This document shows, one piece after another, positions 60,058 through 64,000 of a stretch of 64,000 nt of DNA (position 1 is its first letter; every line of letters begins with the position of its first letter). A program made the translations under genes and the position numbers. Below the pieces are notes generated by a model that searched no databases, was not told the origin of the DNA, and was given only the letters and a program-made list of their open reading frames with translations. Location of the stretch: assembly GCA_033763315.1 (NCBI GenBank), contig JANRKS010000011.1, positions 128,001 through 192,000 on the forward strand, read 5' to 3'. This stretch comes from Deltaproteobacteria bacterium (GTDB lineage Bacteria; Myxococcota_A; Polyangia; Fen-1088).

Positions 60058-61173
60058 ATGGCAACCATCTATTACGGACTTTCGGGTGAGGGACGAGGGC
60101 ACGCCACACGTGCACGAACGCTCGTAGAGGGGCTGCGGGGTCAGCACAAAGTGGTTGTGTTTGCACCGGACCTGGCCTACGCGCTGCTTGAGCCCATCTA
60201 CCGCGGCACCGATGTGCGGGTGGAACGCATCGCTGGGTTGCAGTTCGCGTACAACAAGCACGGGCGCGTGCGGTTGGCGGGAACGCTGGCAACGAATCTG
60301 TCGTATTTGCGCGTGATGAATGAGCGCGTGAACGCCTTGCTGCCTCACTTCGAGCGCGACAAACCTGATTTGGTGCTCGCGGATTTTGAGCCCTTGTTGC
60401 CGCGCGCGGCGCGCCTGTGTGGTGTGCCGTTTGTGAGCTTCGATCATCAGCATTACCTGGTGGTCAATGATCTTTCGGGTCTGCCCTTCGTGCTGCGACA
60501 ACAAGCGGCGCTGGCGGCGCCGGTGGTACGGGCGCTTTACAACTGGCAGATGGAAACGGTGGTGTCGTCGTTCTACCGCCCGCCGTTGAAGCCGGGTTTG
60601 CACAACGTCTCACAGATCGGCGTGCTGTTGCGACCCGAGTTGCTGCGCGTACGCCCGCGCCGTGATGGGTACCTCTTGGTGTATATGCGCAGGCACGCGG
60701 CGCCTGGCTTGATGGACGCGCTGACGGCCACGGGAATGAACGTGAAGGTTTATGGCTTGGGGCAAAAGCCACGCGAAGGGAATATCTCGTTTTTGGCCGT
60801 TGATGAACGCCGTTTCATGGATGACTTGGCCGGTTGCGAAGCCGTGGTGAGCACGGCCGGCAATCAGTTGGTGGGCGAGGCTTTGTATCTGCGCAAGCCT
60901 GTGCTCGCCATTCCCGAACCCCACAATTTCGAGCAAGCCATCAACGGACACTTCCTGCAGGAAAGCGGTGGGGGGCGCGTGCGTTCAGGAAAGATCACCA
61001 TGCAGGACATGTTCTCCTTCATGGACGACTTGGACATCTTCCGCAGCCGCATCGTGCCTGAATCCGTGTGTGGCAACACGCAGGCGATGCAGGTGATCAA
61101 CCGGCTGTTGGGGCCGGCGCCAACGCCTACAGTCTTTCCTCACGAAGAGCGGCGGCTCGCATTGGCCGTGTGA
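60058..61173 (+). CDS. GT-B glycosyltransferase (MJ1255/Glyco_trans_1_3 type)
   Basis: AAGGAG RBS; GEGRGHATR, DFEP, DHQH, TAGNQLVGEA, HNFEQ. Confidence 0.88.
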   Translation: MATIYYGLSGEGRGHATRARTLVEGLRGQHKVVVFAPDLAYALLEPIYRGTDVRVERIAGLQFAYNKHGRVRLAGTLATNLSYLRVMNERVNALLPHFERDKPDLVLADFEPLLPRAARLCGVPFVSFDHQHYLVVNDLSGLPFVLRQQAALAAPVVRALYNWQMETVVSSFYRPPLKPGLHNVSQIGVLLRPELLRVRPRRDGYLLVYMRRHAAPGLMDALTATGMNVKVYGLGQKPREGNISFLAVDERRFMDDLAGCEAVVSTAGNQLVGEALYLRKPVLAIPEPHNFEQAINGHFLQESGGGRVRSGKITMQDMFSFMDDLDIFRSRIVPESVCGNTQAMQVINRLLGPAPTPTVFPHEERRLALAV

Positions 61174-61963
61174 ACGTCTCGAGCTCCTGGCGCGGTTTCA
61201 CTTTGTGATCGCGCCACCATTCGGGTTGCTGCACCAGTTGACCGCCGCGGTGTCGAAATAGACGGGCCGCGGCCAGCTCGGTGCTACTGCCCGCGTTGAA
61301 CAGGTTGAGTGGCCGCGCATGATCCGGAAACAGTGTGAAGGCGCGAGGCTGGTGGCGGTGACCGTGCAAAACTAGATCACAGCGGCCCGCCAAGCGTCGC
61401 AGCAGCGTCCAACCAAATTGCAGCTCCGACGTCCAACGCCACCCCAACCAAGAAGAGAGGAGCTCGCCCTTGGTGTCTTCGGGCAAGGGCAGGGGGTGGT
61501 GGTGAAGCAGGAGGATCGCCAGGTGTCCCGTGGGGGCCTCATCTAGGGCGTCGCTTATCTGCTGGATGTCTTCCATCGACATGGAGCCATGACCCTCGAG
61601 CCATGAACGGTTCTGTGGACCAGTGGAGTCGAACCGCACGACGTATGCGCCGTCAATCAGGCGCGTCTGCACGCGCGGACCGTTTTGAATGTGAGCCGCC
61701 ACGTCGTCGCCGTTGCGATCGTGGTTGCCTGGCACGGCCGTGAGGCGGCCACTTTCGATCAAGGGAGCAAAGATCGTTTTGTAGCGTTGCAACTCGTCTT
61801 TGCGGCCTCGGTTGGTGATGTCGCCGGTGACCACCACATGGTCGATCTGCTCGACGAGCACGCGCGTCACGAAGGCGCGGGCGCGGGTTTCATCGGCCGC
61901 GCTGCGGCCCAGGTGTAAGTCTGAAAGGTGAAGCAGCGTTGATGTCTTCATCATTGATTTCAT
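61127..61963 (-). CDS. calcineurin-like metallophosphoesterase
   Basis: HLSDLH, TGD, GNHD, HHHP, GHRH. Confidence 0.9.
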   Translation of the reverse strand: MKSMMKTSTLLHLSDLHLGRSAADETRARAFVTRVLVEQIDHVVVTGDITNRGRKDELQRYKTIFAPLIESGRLTAVPGNHDRNGDDVAAHIQNGPRVQTRLIDGAYVVRFDSTGPQNRSWLEGHGSMSMEDIQQISDALDEAPTGHLAILLLHHHPLPLPEDTKGELLSSWLGWRWTSELQFGWTLLRRLAGRCDLVLHGHRHQPRAFTLFPDHARPLNLFNAGSSTELAAARLFRHRGGQLVQQPEWWRDHKVKPRQELETFTRPMRAAALREERL

Positions 61964-61972
61964 TTCATAATT

Positions 61973-61990
61973 CGCGCGTGCGTTGCCAAA
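61973..61990 (-). promoter_or_regulatory. sigma-54 -24/-12-like motif
   Basis: TTTGGCAACGCACGCGCG (GG-N10-GC), similar to the 58063-58080 motif and similarly placed relative to the ATG. Confidence 0.45.
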
Positions 61991-62037
61991 ATGGGGGCGA
62001 CCATGTTGCGGGTTGGCAACATGTTTAGGGCGTCTTA

Positions 62038-62131
62038 GCGTTTGTCATGCGTTTGCCACGCAATCGATCACGGTTCGCCACACAGACCCTCGTACATGAC
62101 ATTCGTTACAAAAGCGTCATGAACTGCTCAC
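62038..62131 (+). promoter_or_regulatory. Pho-box-like direct repeats upstream of the desaturase
   Basis: GCGTTTGTCAT-GCGTTTGCCAC (62038-59), GCCAC at 62077, and GTTACaaaagcGTCAT (62105-20); 11-bp periodicity. Confidence 0.6.
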
Positions 62132-62164
62132 GCACGTGCCGGTTGACGAAGGTTAAATAGGCGC

Positions 62165-63031
62165 ATGCAAACAGAACTCGCGCTGCCCCAGCGCCTGTCC
62201 GTCTCACGCGGATACTTCACGCCAGCCACGTGGCCTTTTTGGGCCTTTCACATCATCATCATCGCCGGCATCCTCGGCTATGGATGGTCAACGAAATGGT
62301 TTCTCATCGCTGTGGCCATCTACTTTGCGCGCATGACGTTTGTCACGGCTGCCTACCATCGATATTTTTCTCACCGCGCCTTTAAGACCTCACGCGCTTT
62401 TCAGTTTGTGCTGGCATTGGCTGCGCAGACGTCGGCGCAAAAGGGCGTGCTGTGGTGGGCGGCACATCATCGCTTCCATCACAAACATTCGGACACGCCC
62501 CAGGACGCGCATTCAGCAAAACAGCAGGGGTTCTGGCATTCACACATTGGGTGGATCTTGGGGCCGAACTGGGACGACACCGATTACAAGCGTGTGGCAG
62601 ATCTGACGCCTTACCGTGAGTTGGTGATCCTCAACCATCCCGCCATCCGCCTGCTTCCCGCGGCGGCGCTCGCCGTGTTGTGTGGGGTTCTCGGAGGGGC
62701 AGAGGGCTTGTTCTGGGGGTTCTTCGTTTCCACAGTGATGCTGTGGCACGGCTCGTTTACCATCAACTCGCTGTCGCATATGTTCGGTACGCGCCGCTAC
62801 GACACGCCCGATAACTCGCGCAACAACTGGTTGTTGGCGGTGTTGACGACGGGCGAGGGCTGGCACAACAACCACCACCACTACCAAAGCGCTGCACGCC
62901 AAGGCTTGCGTTGGTGGGAGATCGACACTACGTATTACTTTCTGTGCTTGCTCAGTGGCCTGGGTTTGATCTGGGATCTGCGGCAATACCCCGCTGAGAT
63001 GACGGGCGCCCTCACAGACCATAGCGTTTGA
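62165..63031 (+). CDS. acyl-CoA/lipid delta-9-type fatty acid desaturase
   Basis: His boxes HRYFSH, HRFHH, HNNHH; NSLSH. Confidence 0.93.
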   Translation: MQTELALPQRLSVSRGYFTPATWPFWAFHIIIIAGILGYGWSTKWFLIAVAIYFARMTFVTAAYHRYFSHRAFKTSRAFQFVLALAAQTSAQKGVLWWAAHHRFHHKHSDTPQDAHSAKQQGFWHSHIGWILGPNWDDTDYKRVADLTPYRELVILNHPAIRLLPAAALAVLCGVLGGAEGLFWGFFVSTVMLWHGSFTINSLSHMFGTRRYDTPDNSRNNWLLAVLTTGEGWHNNHHHYQSAARQGLRWWEIDTTYYFLCLLSGLGLIWDLRQYPAEMTGALTDHSV

Positions 63032-63983
63032 GCTTCTCGTAAAGTGTGGAGGCCGCGATGCCCAGCACGCGCGCGGCCTGCACTTTGTTGCCGCGTGTCT
63101 GCAGCAGGGTTTGACGGATCGCTGTGCGCTCCAGGGCGTCGAGGCTTTGTCCTGCCAAGGGCAGTCGATCCAGAGGGTTGAGGTCGGCCGTGGACTCCAC
63201 AAACTTGATGTGATGTGGTTCCAGCACGGCATGGTCGGCGAATGCCAAGGCGTAGGCCAATGTGTTTTTCAGCTCGCGCACGTTGCCGGGCCACATATGG
63301 GACGCAAGCACGTCGTAAGTCTCTTGCGGCACCTTCATGTGCGGTTGACCAAGATCGCTCAACAGACGATCCACGAGGAGCGGCAAGTCTTCGAGGCGCT
63401 CACGCAGCGGAGGCAGGTGCAAAACGGCGGCAGCCAGTCGAAAGTAGAGATCTTGCCGAAACAGCTTGGTGCTGACTTGGCTGGCGAGGTCTCTGTTGGT
63501 GGCGGCCACGATGCGCACGTCAATGTGCCTGTCTTTCGTGCCACCCACACGGCGGACCGACCGGTTGTCGAGCACGCGCAGCAGCCGCGGTTGCAAATCA
63601 AGCGGTAGCTCGCCGATTTCGTCGAGGAACAGCGTTCCCCCTTGGGCGCTTTCGAAGGCGCCCGCGTGCTCGGCATGCGCGCCCGTAAACGCGCCCTTTT
63701 CGTGGCCGAACAATTCGCTCTCAATCAGGTTGGGAGGCACGGCCCCGCAATCGAACACAGTGAAGGGGCCGGCGGCGCGTTTGCTTTTGTCGTGAATGGC
63801 GTGCGCGAAGACATCTTTGCCTGCGCCGGTTTCGCCCAGAATTGTGACCGTGACGTCGCTTACGGCCAGGCGATCCACTAAATCGAAGACGGCGTGCATC
63901 TGCGGCGAGACGGCCGAGAGGTTGCCCAAGTATCGAGTGTCGCGCGGACGGTTTCTCACGAGCTTTTGAGGGGACACATCCAT
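63012..63983 (-). CDS. sigma-54-dependent activator (AAA+ and Fis HTH); may extend beyond the window
   Basis: [30 protein letters not shown]-terminal HTH; frame is open to base 64000. Confidence 0.9.
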   Translation of the reverse strand: MDVSPQKLVRNRPRDTRYLGNLSAVSPQMHAVFDLVDRLAVSDVTVTILGETGAGKDVFAHAIHDKSKRAAGPFTVFDCGAVPPNLIESELFGHEKGAFTGAHAEHAGAFESAQGGTLFLDEIGELPLDLQPRLLRVLDNRSVRRVGGTKDRHIDVRIVAATNRDLASQVSTKLFRQDLYFRLAAAVLHLPPLRERLEDLPLLVDRLLSDLGQPHMKVPQETYDVLASHMWPGNVRELKNTLAYALAFADHAVLEPHHIKFVESTADLNPLDRLPLAGQSLDALERTAIRQTLLQTRGNKVQAARVLGIAASTLYEKLKRYGL

Positions 63984-64000
63984 GGGGCGGCTTTGCCTAT

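Overview
GC-rich bacterial window whose gene content points to Myxococcota (Cys-rich CGDG/CDDGN repeat lipoprotein, DUF1592+DUF1552 pairs, three Hanks-type Ser/Thr kinases, sigma-54 activators, a myxobacterial-type ECF sigma factor). About 1-38 kb is mostly core or lineage-typical: rlmN-like, miaE, acnA, an NtrC two-component system, bolA-grxD-uvrA, RNase P RNA, tRNA(CAT), uppP-birA-nadC, rsmD-coaD-aminotransferase. About 38.4-47.2 kb is an accessory island. It holds a PG-binding/DUF4347-like gene plus a convergent lipoprotein, bracketed by two diverged copies of one ~80-100 bp non-coding element; a decayed type I R-M locus (in-frame hsdM::hsdS deletion fusion, frameshifted AlbA/HATPase gene, 49-aa repeat micro-ORF, intact hsdR, M48); and an apparently leaderless HTH-regulator/clpP operon with a 26-bp palindromic operator. 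About 47.3-54.5 kb is a kinase/ECF-sigma/TPR/carbohydrate-binding module in which the kinase and sigma start codons overlap head-to-head. About 54.6-64 kb is a candidate phosphate-starvation lipid-remodelling cluster (GH79, OlsF-like acyltransferase, M14 peptidase, alpha/beta hydrolase, glycosyltransferase, metallophosphoesterase, desaturase, sigma-54 activator) with Pho-box-like 11-bp repeats and -24/-12 motifs. All calls come from reading motifs by eye; no searches were run.
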